A stretch of 63,254 nucleotides of DNA, the filler included, from Pelomyxa schiedti (taxonomy: Eukaryota; Protista; Evosea), in the NCBI GenBank assembly GCA_020536535.1. It is 8 parts of 8 records of this genome, joined end to end, with 100 filler letters (N's around TTAATTAATTAA, not from the genome) between each part and the next. Parts side by side here need not be neighbours in the genome. Positions count along the whole stretch, not along the records: positions 61,886 to 63,254 come from JAHLWZ010002563.1; 7 more parts are not named here. The stretch is one strand, 5' to 3'. A program made the translations under genes and the position numbers. This document shows positions 62,270 to 63,254 of this stretch, piece by piece (position 1 is the stretch's first letter; the number at the start of each line of letters is the position of its first letter). The notes below the pieces were generated by a model. It was not told the DNA's origin. It made no database searches and saw only the letters and a list, made by a program, of their open reading frames with translations.

Positions 62270-63229
62270 TCAGAAAGAGCTGAGTGTCATCTCCATGGGG
62301 ATACTTGGCCGCAAAGGTTGATACCACAATAAACGGCCAGACACGGCATCGGACAGTTCAAGGTGTTCACCTATGTGTCGAACTATGAAGTCATCAGATA
62401 CCACAATGACAGCACATCTGGAAGTGTCGAACTGACAGCAGGGAGACTCACAGTCAGTCAAGGAAAACACTCGAATTTGGTGCTTGGATGCCCAAAGAAA
62501 GTGGGTGTCATCAACTTTGACTGGAGTCTTGGTGCAGTGCAGCAGTACTTGGCGTGTGGCCAGGGCAATAATCTGATAACCCTGTCCACGATTATTCTGG
62601 ATGGTAACAATGAAACCATGCTCTGCAGACCAATAAATGCCAGTGCACTTTGCGTCAAGGTGAAACTCCTGAGTGACCGCAAATGCGCCCTTCTGGTGAG
62701 TCTTCTCCAAGTCAACAAACCACAACACATTCTCACCCCCCTTCACCACTGACACCGCAGCCGTGTTCCCGTGCATTGCATCGATCCAGCCGAGCTTCTC
62801 ACCCTTCTTCAAGGAGATTGACTTGACCCACTCACCCGGTGCTGTTGCAGGGAGCGGCCTCGGCCACATCGCAATTCTCCCTGAACCACTGCGGTAGGCC
62901 ACTTGCCACCGCGAGCTGCTCTGGAAGCCATCAAAATAGCCACCACCATCAGCATCACCTCCGTCGCAGACAGAGGTGAGGTCGACTTTGGCCGCCACCC
63001 TCCTGTGCTCCAGGTCCAGAATGATCACTGTGCGCGCCCTCCCGTGCACCATGTGGGTCCTGTCGACCCACCCGGTCGCCGCTCTGGGGTCACATCGAAT
63101 CCTCGGCTCCGCCACATCGACTCCGACGACGCCCAGTGTGTGTGACACGCTCACGAACCACCACAGCGGCATCAGGCGGTTCGTCGGCGACAGGGCTGCG
63201 CCGACCGCGGCGTTCCTGGCTACACCCAT
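62270..63229 (-). CDS. Intronless VSHTLG-family protein (may begin upstream of the window edge)
   Basis: 319-aa ORF with VSVSHTLGVV, SSSRWQV, VDLEKT...G, VDDTHF and DAVSG. These are colinear with motifs in the 14-17 kb pair. Confidence 0.75.
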   Translation of the reverse strand: MGVARNAAVGAALSPTNRLMPLWWFVSVSHTLGVVGVDVAEPRIRCDPRAATGWVDRTHMVHGRARTVIILDLEHRRVAAKVDLTSVCDGGDADGGGYFDGFQSSSRWQVAYRSGSGRIAMWPRPLPATAPGEWVKSISLKKGEKLGWIDAMHGNTAAVSVVKGGENVLWFVDLEKTHQKGAFAVTQEFHLDAKCTGIYWSAEHGFIVTIQNNRGQGYQIIALATRQVLLHCTKTPVKVDDTHFLWASKHQIRVFSLTDCESPCCQFDTSRCAVIVVSDDFIVRHIGEHLELSDAVSGRLLWYQPLRPSIPMEMTLSSF

Positions 63230-63254
63230 GACCCATTTCCGGCCGATTTTGTGG

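Overview
Eukaryotic (protist) genomic DNA, gene-dense, with many short GT-AG spliceosomal introns (mostly about 40-90 nt). The window is not one locus. It is eight contigs or scaffolds joined by artificial N-TTAATTAATTAA-N linkers, plus two 100-N scaffold gaps. The gene style and lineage-specific families suggest an archamoeba such as Pelomyxa (inference from recall, not verified). Recognisable content: a Has1/DDX18-like DEAD-box helicase, VPS53, an ankyrin + F-box + Rab-like fusion, two F-box + ZZ-finger paralogs, an OB-fold protein, a membrane patatin/cPLA2-like lipase, exon 1 of alanine aminotransferase, a small tRNA cluster, an expanded intronless 'PRCG..SPAR / VSHTLG' family, several pseudogenes and a decayed transposase. 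The standout is a roughly 9 kb minus-strand gene (37126 to about 28031). It encodes a giant protein with an N-terminal AIG1/septin-like GTPase, a long helical region, a SecA-like SF2 ATPase, a VWA domain and probably a Ser/Thr kinase. I propose it as a candidate cell-autonomous defence or surveillance machine. Also notable are a roughly 300-nt structured ncRNA candidate (RNase P/MRP-like, 308-605) and an orphan tRNA-Leu 3' half.
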